Shown here in pieces: positions 23,916 to 38,500 of a stretch of 64,000 nt of DNA (position 1 is its first letter; each line of letters starts with the position of its first letter). Under the pieces are notes generated by a model that ran no database searches, was not told where the DNA came from, and saw only the letters and a list, made by a program, of their open reading frames with translations. The position numbers and the translations under genes are program-made. The stretch comes from Rhina ancylostomus. Taxonomy: Eukaryota. The stretch is from the NCBI GenBank assembly GCA_030265395.1, contig JARFYF010000001.1, positions 24,455,507 to 24,519,506 of the forward strand, given 5' to 3'.

Positions 23916-26900
23916 GGGTTCTAAATCTTGTTGGAACACTAATAGAAAATATTTTGTTGTACAGTTCTTCAGCTTGCAAAGGCATGAAAGATTGACTAAC
24001 ATGACTTATTTTCTTGTATGTTCCTAGAAGTAAGTCATTTGTTACTCTCACTTCTTGTCAACCTGGCTGCTAAGAATAACTTGACATGCCCCAAAAGAGT
24101 AGAGCACAACATGGTAGATTTAGCAGCTTGCAAAAGAATAAGGTCAAAATAGTTTTTTCGCTCTGCTACAAAATCTGAAGCCATTGTCAGACTCGTGTCC
24201 TCTTTCTTTACATTGTTGAATCCCTCATTCACTCTCTGCACCATTTGCATGGCTGCAGCTATCACTTGCTATGATTTCCGTCTCGCTCAAAGCCACACTG
24301 TATTGGCCATGCCATTGAGGGGGGCAGGCCATGAACAGCGGGTGGACTTCAAACAGTGGAACCTGAGGTTTGCACCCAGAGCACCCAATGGCCTCTTGAT
24401 AGCTCACTGCTGTTAAAGCCCTTACAGCACTCTTAGTTTATCAGAGATATTGCAAATGGATTTAAATAATTAAAAAGAACAATAAATATACTTGAAATAG
24501 CTTAAAATATTAAAAAAAGAAATTTAAAAAACAATAAAGTAAAAACAAAAATAAACAAAAGGTAAACTATTTATATGCAAGTGGGGCATCCTATTGCAAG
24601 GCTGAGGGACTGCATGCAAAGCATGTCTGATTCCTCAACTCAGTACATATTTATTTTGCCCTGGAGTCAGTAGTGAGTCCAGCTGTAGAGCAGGAAGTTA
24701 GATAATCCCACATCTGGCCCCCAGCTTGCCTTTGACTTTCCTGTTACTGTGTGCATTGCAAGAGCATTTGACCTCTTGATCCACCCCCAGACTCATCATT
24801 GAGTCCACAACATAACAATCTGAGCTGAGGGGCTGATACACTTCGTAACTGGCCTGTCAGCTTTACGTCACCCATAAGTGGCACATCTAGTGTGGCCTCA
24901 TTCATATTAATGGGTTCCTGACCTTCATTAAAATGATAAGTTTAGACAAGCTTTTCACTTATTTTTCATTATTTAACTGTATATGTTTGAATTCATTCAC
25001 AGTACTTTAGTTTACTTAACTTTCCTTTTTGAATATATTTTGTTTTTCTTTAAACTATTTCCAAATGTCACTCATCATCAGAGACTTTTGAGAACAGTTA
25101 GAGAACCCTGGTAGCATGAGTTACCTGAAGGATCAGTGGACAGGGCCTCAGCTTGTACTGCTTGAGGTCTACTCACTGCTCACACAGACTGCTCTACTTC
25201 ACTGAACTCTCATGGCGGCAAGGCCTTGAGGTCGTAATGAGTTTGTAATGGAAGGTCCCATGCGAGAAAATGAAGTTAATTGAAGAGTGAACCAAGGTGT
25301 CATACAGGGATCAGCCCACTTCAGAATGCTGAAGGGAGTGGAGAGAGGAATATACGATAGTTGGTGGCATAATGCTGAAAGTGCCGAGACCGGCAGAGTA
25401 TTATTCATTGAATGTGGAGCCTAGTAGGGTGAACTTTCTATGCAAAGTCCCCCTGGAGAACATTGAATTGATGCAGCTTCTGGAAGTAGCAGTGCTTCTG
25501 AATGACTGTTAAATTGAAGTACTTGCCATTTGGGATAGGAGACATACACAGAGTGCTCTATAGGTATTTACCTAATATCCTAACTTTCATATTGCTTTCA
25601 GTCAAAGTGGAAGTTCTGAATTATCGACAAGACTATGATTTGAATTTACAGTATGATGATTACTGAAGCTGAATGTTTTAATCATCCAATGAAAGTAAAT
25701 CAACAATGAAGTCGTGCTTTGAAATAAAGATTGTGTATTATGCAAGTTAATTATTATGAAATTAAATACATAATGAATTACAATGGCCTACAAAATCAGT
25801 GTACAATCTCTTCGTTTACATCATTATTACTTGAGGAAATCCCTGCCAAAGCTGTATTAATGTTGCTTTTATTTTTCTGAATGTTATGATCGAAAATGGT
25901 TTTATAAATGGCTCATTATAAAAAGTATGTTTCGCATACTGAGAACACTCAATAGGTCAGCCCTAAAACAAAAATTCTCAGAAGAATCCATGGCTGTTTG
26001 GAATTCATTTTATTCTCGCCATTGTAATGTTTTGGAAAATCTGTGGCATTGTGTATGGACTTCTAGTTTACTCATTTTCATTTAATTACAATTATTCCTT
26101 CCACTAAGAACATACTGTCCCTGATAATATCTTGAACATCAATTACAGATGATACAAAATATCATCTAGGATGCATGGAAGATGCATGGAAAGGTTGGAA
26201 GATGCATGTAAACGCACACTAAAATTACCCCGTATGTGGAACCTGCATCAGTTTCTTTCAGGGGCATGGAACTGAATCTTTTTTGCACATAGTACACAAA
26301 GAATCATGCACATGAATGATGCCATACTGATGCAATTACACCCAGTAATTGTGCATAATTTCAGGAGTCACCCTAGATTTACCACAAAGCCCCTGCAATT
26401 TGCTGTGGTGGGAACTCTTTAAATGAAAATTCACAGCAGATGCTGATATGGCAAGTAGTGGGGATGAATTGATTGTCTATCACTGGGACTGGCAGAACAG
26501 ACGTAGGGCAGGCATACCAGGTGAAAGATTGGGTGCAGTGGCAGGTGAAATTAAAGACTGGAGCTCAAGTTCCCCCTCCAAGAAAGTGGTGGACCTTACC
26601 TGAAACATGGGGAGGCATTCAGCCCACTAAGAAGAAACCAGGGATGAATTCCAGGTACAGGGCTTAAATGACAGCACAGATAAGGACTATAACCTACCTA
26701 ATGCTTGAGCAGGTCTTCACCCTGCTGTTAATGCCTGGTTACTTGATTGAGACCCATGTTGTTTTCTCAGTGTTTACACATGCCTTAATGTTGCAGTATT
26801 GAAATCAAACATTAATTACATGTTGATTAATGTCATTGGTGTATTCCAATGCCCTCTCTGTGCAGGTGTGTCACGTGCATGGAAACGAGAAGATTAAAGT

Positions 26901-27302
26901 TGTGCACTACGCATACTCAGAAATGCCAATCAAGTTTAGTTATCAATTTTGCATTTCCTTTCACTTGTTTCTTTTAGTCTCCAAAGACAAGATGACTGAA
27001 GCCTGGAGAACTATATCTGTTCAATATTTAGTTGTCCAATAGAGTAATTCGTAATGACAGCCCATATCCAATGTTTATTGCATGCTAAGTAATAAATTAC
27101 TGTGGTTGGTGTTAATCTAACCAGAAGTAATTTTTTGAGTCAATCGTAGCCTGACAAAGGTGATCATCAATTGTTATTTTTAATTCATAAATACATGTGG
27201 TTCTTTATCGATGTTGCTTATCTGCAGGTTAAGATTGCCAAGGAAAAGCTAACCTTCATTACATAAAAAAAGATAGTTACTTTCCTTTTATTTGAATTTT
27301 AG

Positions 27303-27490
27303 GAAGAAATTGCAACAATTCATTTTATCTGTGCAAAAATGGGAAGTGTATAAATGAAACCCTTACTTGTGATAAGCATAATGACTGTGAAGATGGATCA
27401 GATGAAAACAATTGCTTTGTCAATGAATGTGCGAATAAGCGAATCAGTGGATGCTCACAAGACTGCCAGGACTTTAAAATTGGATACAAG
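27303..27490 (+). CDS. LRP1B: LRP1B exon D (188 nt, phase 1-0), last LDL-A repeat plus start of EGF repeat
   Basis: ttttag|GAAGA...TACAAG|gttagt; [63 protein letters not shown]. Confidence 0.95.
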
Positions 27491-27799
27491 GTTAGTGCTA
27501 AACTATTTCCATCAAAGTATAAAAGGATTGACATGGAATTGTATTGAAAAGATATTGTGAAGTAAATTCAAGCCTCTATTTGATGTCAGAAATTGGTGTT
27601 CCTGTTAATGAAATAATTCTTATAGTTTAGTTCATTTACCTTTGATTTAGTCCATGAAACTTTAAGATAAATAAGTAAATAACACATTTTTGATCTGGAA
27701 TTTTTTCATTATTTTTGCCTGCATAAATATCTTGATTCTGACACATTCTCTACGGATTACCAGATGTGCTATTTGCTTTTTAGTATATCCCAGCTACAA

Positions 27800-28220
27800 A
27801 AATAGAAATAAAAACAGCCATTTCTTGAAATAAGAATTCAATCAGTAGTTCTGGAGAAACACATAAGTTAACATTGATAAACTTTCATCAGAACTTGGAA
27901 AATTATAAATCAAAAATGTTTTAAATTGCAACGATGAGAGGGGTGAAAAGAACAAAGGAAATCCCTGTGACAGAGTGGAAAGCAAGAGAAACTAAATGAC
28001 ACAAGTGGCAGTGGTGTTGGCTGAGTAAGGGTGATGAAGGCTTGTTAATTACAGCTGATCTGTCTGGAGGAAATGTAAATAGAAGGTGATGAATCAGAAA
28101 AGAGAAGAGAGTAAATAAAACAATACCTGAGCTGTGATATATAAAACAATTCAGTGCAGGAATTCTGAAAGGAAAGAAAAAGTACTCAGCAGGTCGGGTG
28201 ATTAATGTAGCGAGACCTTT
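27800..28220 (-). mobile_element. Decayed Penelope-like terminal repeats
   Basis: Reverse strand has gttctgatgaaag near 27880-27893; tactcagcaggtcggg near 28183 is the reverse of the cctgacctgctgagt motif. Confidence 0.55.
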
Positions 28221-28249
28221 TTTTTATTGAGTTTGGTTCTTCACGATGT

Positions 28250-28530
28250 TGAAAACATTGGCAAAAGCAACATTTGTTAACGATCCCTCCTGACATAAAC
28301 TGAATGGCTTGCTAGACCGTTTCAGACTCACATATAGTTTGGACCAGGTGAGGAGTTCCTTCCTGAAAGAACATCAGTGAATCAAGTGGATTATTATGAC
28401 AATCTGGTATTTTCATGGTTAGTATTATTAACGTTAGCTGTTTTTTGAAAAAAAATCAAGACTGTTAACCAAATTTAAATGTCAGAGTGGCATGACAGGA
28501 TTTGAAACCAAGTCTCCGGTTTGTTTGAAC
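28250..28530 (-). mobile_element. Old tRNA-derived SINE
   Basis: ggatttgaaacc is a reversed B-box; body ccttcctgaaagaacatcagtgaatcaagtgg..gacaatctgg resembles a recalled shark SINE. Confidence 0.55.
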
Positions 28531-28646
28531 AGTCCTTTGGTGACTTTAGAAAGTTAAAATTGGAAGTCGATGACCTTTCATTGGAACTTTCATCTGATAC
28601 AAACGGGAAAAGCTGGTTCTCTGAAGTCATTCAATNNNNNNNNNNA

Positions 28647-28925
28647 TTCAATTCAATGTTGAGTCTTGAAGGCTGATTTATGCCTAGTTCATACATAAGA
28701 TGCAGTTCTTCAAGCTTATGTCATGGTTCATTGGAACCAGATAAGAGGCCATAAAAGAAAGAAAAGTAAGAGTGGGAGAAGGATGGAGAACTAGCATGAT
28801 AGGCAACTGGAAGTTGAATATTTCATCACTGAACTTCCAATTAACTCTGCTGCTCTCTCCACAGATGCTTCCTGACATGCTGATTACTTTCAGCATTTTC
28901 TGTTTTTATTTTGGATTTCCAGGTT
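28647..28925 (-). mobile_element. Penelope GIY-YIG C-terminal remnant joined to an opposite-strand terminal repeat
   Basis: aattcaatgttgagtcttgaaggctg reads QPSRLNIE on the minus strand (PLE LQPxGLNIE); followed by cagatgcttcctgacatgctgattac..cagcattttctgttttt. Confidence 0.65.
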
Positions 28926-29384
28926 CATAGACTTCTGCATTATATTACTGAAATATCCAAAGCTGAATTTTAAAGCAATAATTAAGCATTGTACTCCACT
29001 TCCACAGGGAATCTGTATAATAGTCCTTCTTTAAGCATAAATATAATATTCTCTGTACACCCATGTGTGTGTTCATATTGTGATCCTGTTGGATTTGGGG
29101 AGGGGGTTGCGGGGGAAGAGGGTTCATGTAAAATTGTCAAAGACAGGTTTGACCTTTCAGTCTGTCTGTTTGAAATCTCAACATATAGACAGTTTGAGAG
29201 TGCAACCTTTCGAGTAAACCATTAGATTTTGGATGTATTATTAAATATATTCTAAGTTCCAATTTCTTTGATGAAGTCATTTCACCCAGAAAGAATAGTA
29301 TGGTAGAGCATATCATTTCTGAGCAACTATGTAAGTCTTCTATATACTGAATGTCATAAAGTTGTGATGCAATGGCATTAAAGA

Positions 29385-29660
29385 AAACCCACAGTAGGAC
29401 TGGACAATATACGTGCTTGAGCCTACTTTACCTTTCAATAAGGTAGTTGATACTGTGCCAGAAAAATTTCTCCTGCTCAGTGCTCAAATCATCTGGTTCC
29501 TTTACAGTCCAAAAATATTTCAATCTCAACCTTTAATGCACTCTAGTAGAGCATCCATTGCCCTTTGAGGTACAGAATTCCAAAGATTTACAACCCTCTG
29601 CACAAAAATATTCTCCTTATGCTGAGACTATGCTCCCAAGTATTTGAAGTTCAATCTCAT
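29385..29660 (-). mobile_element. Old CR1 3' end
   Basis: gcatccattgccctttgaggtacagaattccaaagatttacaaccctctg. Confidence 0.65.
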
Positions 29661-30571
29661 TTGCTGGGATTACCACTGTCAATCCTTCTTAAAATAATGT
29701 CTGTCTTCATAAGAAGTGGCACTTCAACAAGATGACTGCCCGCAAAGTGGTTTTGATTGAAACCATAAGACCCAAAGTCCAGCCAATAATGGGTTCCAGT
29801 GTTTTTAAGTGCATGAGACCAGGCATAGATTGCCTTCTGCTGGGCAACCACAGGCAACATGTTGAAGAGGACTGTAAAATTAGACATTTGCATCTATGGC
29901 AACAACCCTCAGAATGGTCTTGAAAAAGGTACTGAACAGTTGAGATAAGCAAAATGGGTAATAATGATGGGTGGAAAGGGACAATCAGGAATAAACCATT
30001 ATGCAGAGTTGAAATGGAACTTGTATTTAATTGAGTATTTTTTTAAAAAAGCTATCTTTTATCTAACATCTAATGTTAAATTCTTTGGAACCAATGTCTA
30101 AGCCATCTTTACTGGTTGTCTACTCAACTGACTAACAATGTTTAGGCTGACTGGTTTGATAAAAAATAAAGGCACACAAGAAGAAAGGGCCTCCTACCTT
30201 GCACATAGTAAGTGACTAAAAACTGTTTCAACCATGCACCCAAGAAACTAATTTGGACAGCAGCACTCTACTTCTGGCTCTGAATGTATGGAATGAGCCA
30301 CCTTCTCTACTTGAATATTTGGGCCTGCTTTATGTCCATTAAATTGGTGCAGTCTTATTATTCACAATATGCTTTGCTTGAACTTTTTGAGTACTTACTA
30401 CATAAATTTTCTTTTTTTGCCCCAAAAGTAGCAAAATTCACAGTCTTTCATTTTAAAGAATTTTATACAAATTATATTTTTAAACTGACAGTAATACAGC
30501 GGGTAGACTTGAAGTGCTGGTCTTCAAATGAACTGCTGATGGTAATTTTGTTAATGATTTGTATTTTGCAG

Positions 30572-30755
30572 TGCAAATGCTGGCCTGGATTCAGACTGAA
30601 GGATGATGGCAAAACCTGTATTGACATTGATGAATGTGCAACCAGCTTCCCCTGTAGCCAGCAATGCATCAATACTTATGGAACCTACAAGTGTTTGTGT
30701 GCTGAAGGTTATGAAGTACGAGCAGATAATCCCAATAGCTGCAAAGTTTTATCAG
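30572..30755 (+). CDS. LRP1B: LRP1B exon E (184 nt, phase 0-1), EGF and calcium-binding EGF
   Basis: ttgcag|TGCAAA...TCAG|gtatga; [61 protein letters not shown]; CKCWPGF and [13 protein letters not shown] are LRP1B-type. Confidence 0.96.
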
Positions 30756-31659
30756 GTATGATTTTTCTATTTATTTCCCCCTGCATTAAAGTCTGTGGAG
30801 ATTCACAAGAGAGCTAAGAAGAAATATGATTTAAAGGAAGGAACTATCGTTAAAACCCAATGGGCTGAAAATGCATTGTATTAGTAGCTTGCACATTAAC
30901 ATTTTATTGAAGGCTATTTTAAAAAGTGAACAAAGAAACTTTATNNNNNNNNNNNNNNNNNNNNNNNNNNNNNNNNNNNNNNNNNNNNNNNNNNNNNNNN
31001 NNNNNNNNNNNNNNNNNNNNNNNNNNNNNNNNNNNNNNNNNNNNAAACTTTATATGGGTACATAAATATCTATTACTGATGTTGCCTAACTCCAATTTCC
31101 ATCTATAGATCTACTTATTGAAATGCACCTTATAATTTTGCTGCCATCTTACATGATGGAGATCCTGAACATTGTCCCAGTACTTTTCATTTCAGTCAGG
31201 ATTTTTATTGGGGAAAATAATGAGTTTTCAGAGATGTGTTCTCCTATTGCCTATTAAAGTTAAGAAGTTAGTGAACTGTGCATAAGCATCATTTTTTCCC
31301 TCATTGTAACTGTGTGTTATACTTCAAGAAGTGTTTTCAGAGAGAATTTGAAAACATAGTCGTTGTCTCCTCATATAAAATGAAATTTTTACAACATTCC
31401 CTGGTGTATTCTGTAAAACCTGCTGTCATAATGTAAAAGAATGTCTGCTCTCACTTGTAACTTTAAACATGGAATGAAGAGGAGTTGAGAGATGCTTCTG
31501 AGTGTATGACTGTTCTGCAACAGCACTTAGTATAATATAACTTATGAATAGATTACTCTTTTATGTCAGAACAGTGAAAGTAAAACATTTATTTTAACCA
31601 ATGTATTGTCTGATGTATGCTTTACATTAAATTTAAACATTACAAGCTTGTGAACCCAT

Positions 31660-32720
31660 AAAAGCAAAAGAGGTGGCAACAGGAAGAGGAGGTCTAAAGA
31701 TTCTTCAAGCCTAATCCACATTCAATTAACTCATACTGAAATTTTGCATTAACACTTCTTGTATAATCCCCAAATCTCTTTATTTGCTCAGAGCCCTGAA
31801 ATCTTATACTTTTGAATAAATTCAATGACTAAGCATCCACATTTTTCTGAAGTGGAGAATTCCAAATATTCATCATGCTCTCAGTAAAGAAATCTCTCAT
31901 CTCATTTCCAATTGTCTTATCCTGACATTTAGGTTTAGAAATTTGTCTTGTACTGCCTGTGCCAAATAAGTGCTGAAGCTGTGGCAACCCACTACACTCT
32001 TCTTCCCACATTTGTTGTGATTGAAATCCACTGAATTTCAGAAGTGAGGTGCAAAGTACATATGATGTTGTTATATTACACACATAACTCAAGCAACCAA
32101 GGACAAATGTCTATTGCATGGCTCTCATTCTAGCTTCCCTAACAAAGGGATTCCTTAACAAAGAGTGGATCCCTTTCAGCATCCGCTCCACAAAGCCCTC
32201 CAAAGCGATAACTTCGGTACTTATCGGCCTCTCCTCCTCATTTTTTATTCATAAGGCTATAGTCTCATCCTAACATTTAGTTGCACTCAGCAAAAGGCAT
32301 GCTTAACCTTCCTTAGGTAAGGAGACAAGCTTGCACATAATACTTCATGTGTGTTCTCAACAACGGAGAAATGCTTCATTATTTTTATGCTGCAAACTTC
32401 TCACCGTAAAGGCTAGCATAATATTTTCTTTCTAATTACTTGCTGAAACTGATTATTATCTTGCTATGGAACTGATTATTAGTTTTCAGTTTTAGAAACC
32501 AAAATCTCTCTGAATCCCATTCACAAGTCAGTCACCATATCAATAAATAGATGGTGATTAATCTGTAAAATCTTTTTCCATTCTTTCCAACAGAGTTGCT
32601 AATTCTACACTACCCCACATTGTAACCTACATGCCACCTTCTTGTATAATAATGTATCTCATCTGCATTCTTCGTAGGCTCTGCCTGTTCTCCTCAGGTT
32701 ACTTTCCCACCCATCAGTAA
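31660..32720 (-). mobile_element. Old CR1 fragments
   Basis: EMRDFFTESMMNIWNSPLQKNVDA; ttccttaggtaaggagacaagcttgcacataatact corresponds to the YCVQxWSPYLRK motif. Confidence 0.65.
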
Positions 32721-33960
32721 GCTCATATTATCCCTTGAATTAAACCAAATTTAAAAAGTGACATTTAATATTATGAAAACATTACCTTCTAGGGGACTGA
32801 ATATTTCTCAGAAAACTATCATGTGTAATAAATAGAACTGAATTATCAATGTTGCAGTAGGAATCCTCGAATTGAAAATGAATTCATGGGTCCAGACAGC
32901 CCAGGGAAGTAATTAAAATATGAACAAAATACAGAGGAATATAGCTAGAACAAAAGAAAACGTTTGTGTGTTTAGGATGCCTATTTACATACTTGAATGT
33001 TACATTTGTTCTGATGCCCTTAACATGGATTTAATCATATATTGGAAGGGGATGAACAAAACAAAACAGTTAAAAATGCTGAAATTTTGTTGTCCGGAAA
33101 AAATGGCTGCATTCCTCCCAGTGAGGAATGTTAATTATACAGATAAACATTATAAAAAAAACTTGAAGGTGATTTCAATAATGCATTTCAATAACATTAA
33201 ATAAATATTAACAAAAATAAATATCTTTCATGAACTATCTTATTAAGACATTAGGAATACATTCCAGAGTAGATTATTAGAAATGAAAAATATAATCAGC
33301 TTTTTTGAAGTAGTTAAAGGACCATAAAGGATGATCCTAAACAATGGGAGAGAGCTGGTCAACAGATCACATTTTGCAGGAATTAGTTTGGATCACCAAT
33401 AAGATGGGAAGATTACCTTCCGTAGTTCACAGTTTGGTAGATCACTGCACAAGCTGAGGAACTAGTAGAATGAACTTTAATTGATTACATATTTGGCTTA
33501 TTTTTTCTTATGTCCTCTTCATTTAATAAAAATACCTTTGAGAATTTAATTAACAGTGGTGAGGATCCACTGCAGAATGAAATTAGTTCTCCAAATTGTT
33601 GAATTATTGAAAATACATGCACGTGTCAATGAATTACAAGTAAATTTATTCCAGTCCATTACCAATCCATGTGTTCTGATTTGTATTTTCTCTTTACTGC
33701 CATTGGCTTGTTCATGGAGAAAAGGTTAGACTTGGATAAGTATACTAAGGAACATGCATTATAAGGGATTTCAACCTTTGCCATGTAATAAGGATCTTTC
33801 AACGATTATGTTTATCCAAAGTAAATAAATGAATTCAAGTCCCATATGCAAAAATTTACCAGAATTAGGAGAAATATTGTTGTAAAGAATATTTACATGA
33901 CTTCTTAAAATGCATGCCATTATCACACCTAATGAAGTTTCTTTTTTGTGTTGTGTTCAG

Positions 33961-34046
33961 ATGAGGAACCATTTTTAATTTTTGCTGATCGACATGAAAT
34001 AAGAAAAATGAGTATAGATGGATTCAACTACACATTATTAAAACAG
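33961..34046 (+). CDS. LRP1B: LRP1B exon F (86 nt, phase 1-0), start of beta-propeller
   Basis: gttcag|ATGAG...AAACAG|gtaaaa; [29 protein letters not shown]. Confidence 0.95.
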
Positions 34047-34147
34047 GTAAAAGATGTCAAACTTTTTGTTTCTTTTCTAGCATTGTTTGTTGCTTTACAT
34101 TCAAAATCTTCAGACACAGGACTAACAGCTTTTGTTTTATTTTACAG

Positions 34148-34267
34148 GGGTTGAATAATGTTCATGCAATAGATTTTGACTACAGGGACCAATGTATTTA
34201 TTGGGCAGATTTCACCACACAAGGCAGTACAATATCAAGAATCCACCTAAATGGAAGCAATCCTGAG
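34148..34267 (+). CDS. LRP1B: LRP1B exon G (120 nt, phase 0-0), YWTD blade
   Basis: ttacag|GGGTTG...CCTGAG|gtagga; [40 protein letters not shown]; not in ORF track. Confidence 0.95.
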
Positions 34268-35079
34268 GTAGGAGAGTTTAGTTTGGGAACTTGAAAGTGA
34301 ACAATTTAATCCTTGGTACCCCAAATATGTAATTTGAGTTTACATAAACTTTATATAGTTTTCATGCATTTTTAAAGCAGATCTCACAACAATAAAGGAG
34401 ATTAATTATACATTTCAATGAAATAAAAATAAATGTCTCAAAATTCCCTGTTCCAAAATGTCAAGCTTTGATGCGAGTAACCACCATTTGTTTCCCATCC
34501 AATATTTGCTACACCTTCAACTTTTGTGTCAACGCAGTACAATGTCGACCTCGTAGACTGGAAATGGATGTACTGTTGAGTCCATTGGCAGTTCCAGATC
34601 ATAAAGTGCTGATCATACCTTGCACCTGGTCCTTAATCTTTATACCAGCCACAGCTGGTGTACAAAGACCCTGGTCATTTGAATAGGTTTGCCAGCCCTC
34701 ATTAAAAAGATAATTATAAGAAAAAGTTTTCTTTTATTCTCCTTTAATTCATTTTATATTTGTCTTCTTTCAATTTATTTGTAGTGGTTTAATGTGTCTT
34801 TACATTTATTATTTTTGATGCTTGTTTTTTTAAATTGCTTAACTTTATATCAGATTCTTTTTTAAATATCTGAGGCATTTAAACATATCAGTCTAGTGCT
34901 GTGGATAAAGCCTTGGGTTCTGCTTCTTGAGGTCTAGTTGCTATTAGTGGCTTGCTCAGTCGTATAGAAGGGTCAGGAAATTGATCCCATGGAGATACAG
35001 AAGACTTGTTTTCTTCTTTATAGACAGTCCCTCCAGACTGAGGAATTCTTACTTTTAGTTTTATGAATTCTGATCGGGT

Positions 35080-35520
35080 AAATGGGGTCAATGTGGGAAT
35101 GCATATGTTTCCATAGATAGGATAGGTGGTGGCTGCAGAAGTAGGCGGGTGGGTAGTTTGTGATGTGATGTGCTGTTTCTGCTGCTTACTTGGGGTTTGT
35201 GTGCGCCCCTGATGCATGGCCTTCTGGTTCTTAATGTCACCTCCACTTTGGGAAGTGCCACGAATCACTAGTGATGTTGCATTTCTTCAACAAAGCCTTC
35301 GCCACATCTTAGAATGTTTTTTACTGTCTGGCTGGTAATCTCCTCCCATGCTGGAATGGAGTGTCTGTTTTGTGAGTGCAAGTGATGTGGCCAACCTTAT
35401 GTAGATGAATGAGAGTAACCAGAGCCTCAATGTGGGGAATGTTGACCTGGAAGAAAATGATGATATTGTACGTTTCTCCTTCCAGTGAATTTAGAGGAGA
35501 CAAAGCACAAGAAGCAAACA
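35080..35520 (-). mobile_element. RTE-clade LINE 3' fragment
   Basis: FQVNIPHIEALVTLIHLHKVGHI..HGRRLPARQ matches RTE QANIPSIEA..QLRWAGH..GKRxxGGQ. Confidence 0.7.
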
Positions 35521-38500
35521 CAAAGCATGGGCCAGGTCAAGCACAACTGGTCCATTATACTCCTGCCTGTCATCAATAAGAGAGAAAATTTGACCTTACG
35601 AAATGTTCAAACCTGCCATCATTGTCACACATTGATGGCTGAAATATCCAAAATTATTCCTTTGTCAAGTTAATACTCACTCAGGCACACAGAAAGTGGT
35701 TGGGAAGAAATGTTATGAGATCAGCATTTTCAGTTTGTTTATTTAGCCTGTACCAAGTTAACCCCCGAATTATTAACAATGTTTTGCCTTACATTATGGA
35801 TACTCCATTAAATCTGCAATTGCACACATTATGCATTGCAAAACAATTTTAAATAATTATGCTTAAGAGTTCTCAGAAGATAAGTGCCAAAACAATATCT
35901 CACGAATGACTATCCAAATTGTCTTGCTTATGTAAGCCCCATTTGTGCTTTATATGACCTTCAGAAGTATCATTTGTTTCATTATGTAAGACTTGAAGCC
36001 ATTTTCAAAAGTGAGAACACTGTAAAAACCGAAGTCTGCCTCAATATCCTGTTGTATGCTTTATCTAATTCTTTCACAGTACTTTAATTACTCTTTAATA
36101 GGTCACCTACAAAGGAACAGAATTCATACACAATCTGCGGCAGACCCAGAGTAGTATGAGAGGGTAATACGTTTTGTTAGAGGATGTGAATCACCCAATT
36201 GATGTGGAAGAGTCTAGGCTGGTTCAGGCTGTAGAGCTCCAAAATGAAGGGGATGTGATTATAGTGAATGCAAATGTAAATTTAGGATGTGTCTGTGTGT
36301 ATACATGGTGGGGGTTTGTTGCCAGCCATCCTCTTTACTTTCCTTCCTATTAACCACTTATTCTATACTGCTTTATTTATTCTGGTGTTGGTGTAGGGGC
36401 AGAGTATCCAGTATGCCAGAAAGAACTGGTCTTCCATTGTCCTACCACTTGACCCCCGTTAACTTTGATGTGAGAAAGGACAACATACATCTTGGAGCAC
36501 GTTCCAACACTTTGTCTGATTGTATGCATCCACAAATGTCATTGCTATTTCATCTTTAAAAAGGCCTTGTTCATAAANNNNNNNNNNNNNAATCACATTA
36601 CAACTACTTTGGTTTGGAATTAGATTGGGTGTATATAAACTAATGCTGAGTGAGAAAATGCACAAGGAGAAATACAGAATAGGTGAGAGAAAAGCCAAGG
36701 TAGTGCTTTGGGTGTAAAATTCTACCTCTGCACTAAAATATAATTTTGTGGGTTTTTTTGTGCACAGATGCAGGTTGAAAGACATTACGTTCCAACATTT
36801 TCTATCATTGTTTCTATCGACAAATCTGAGTCCTATAACTACACAGAAAGATGAGAGAAAAGTCTTTTGATTTGTCATCTCAAGTTTCCAAGTGCAGTTT
36901 AAAGCCAACAAAAATATCTTGCACCCATGAGTTTCCAATTCTTTCCATCGGCATATTTTATCAACCGAAAAAATGTAATTCTGAAAAATCCCTGAAATAT
37001 TAAGCATTATCATTGGAGTGAACTTAACCTTTGAAGCATAGTTGGACTTTAGCATGGACTCAGCAAACCATCATTCAGTAAATTCATTTTAACATAGCAG
37101 AACCAAACAAATCACCTCAATCATCATCTGTAACATTAGTGACAGATTAATGGCTGCAGGTGACAGAAAGTTAGATGGAAAACATTTTTTCAATTGCTGC
37201 CTGTTGGCTTTCAAAGTGATTTAAAGCATCTATACCCAATGGCCTTCTTCAAATAAAGTTTTGTGGAAAAACACACCATAGCTGCTAACAACAAGCTGAT
37301 GGATGGAACCTTACGGTACAATTGAATTGGTCTGTAGCCTGAACTGATAGTGATAAGATCAGGCTGTTCAGTGTTACACAACAACACTAAACCATGAAAA
37401 TGAGGGATGGAGGAGGGAAGGGGAAGGGGTTTAGGTCTCTAGTAGGAGAGGTCTGTGCTTGATGCATGCAGCTTAAAGAGTTTATCTCTTGTAAAGGTTT
37501 TGGGAAAAAAAGATACCTTGATAGAATTCATCTAGCCCTGATTTTCCTTTATGCTAAGTAGACCTGCACTGGAAACTTATTCTGGTTTCCTGCTTTGGTG
37601 AGCTTTAAAATTGCTGGAACATGATATCACCATGCAATAAAAGCAATCCTCCAGTTTGGTTGGATCTTTGCCACTTATTCCATTGAGAAAATTAATATCA
37701 GGAATCATGAGCTCCCAATGACTCTAAGGTGGCTAAATCACCCAAATGACTTTTCTGTCCTCCAGCTATGGATGGAGGTTAGCCTTGTCTCTTCACTTTC
37801 AAAGGGAGATACCGAATGCAAATGAAAAATATAACATTGGCTAAATAAGTAAGGAATAGGCTCATCCAATAGGGAAGTACATGATCAACAATGCCTGCAG
37901 AATGGAGGGTGACTAGATCCTGAAAGGAAAGTTTGCAGAGCATTTCTGCCTTGTAGCTTCATTGAAGAAAGTTCAGGCTGTTCAGAGATGTAATTAGTGA
38001 ATTGTCAAATAGTAGCAAATTGTGTAATGGTTTCGTATGAACAATACTGCTTGCCTGCAGCTATAAAGCTTGAAATCACCTAATTTCTTTTCTCCTACTG
38101 GCTCAATCCAATCATTTGTTGGCAATTTTGCAGAATTACCCAATGATCGATATGCAGTTACCTTGAAAATGTAACTGATGCACTGTTGTAGAGTGTGTTC
38201 TGGCTTATCCATTTCCACAAAAGTGAGGGTAAAAACATGAAGAGATGTTGATAACTTTATGAAGCATCTACTTTCTACAAAATAATGTGTGTTGCTGATT
38301 ACAATTATATAGATGTTGAGGGATCCACAATTGGTCCAACAACCTACAGCAATCTTTAACATTCAGTCAGAATACAGGACTTGTGCTGTGTTTAATGTAA
38401 TTGGTATAAATATGTGAATTGTTCAGTCTTAGTGAATTATTTTTGTTTTCAGCTGGTTCTTGGAATATTTGGGTAATCATCTGCAAATATAACTTATGAT

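Noticed and set aside
36459-37055. 198-aa minus-strand ORF
   Set aside because: Spans an N run, has no recognisable domain and the composition of AT-rich noise.
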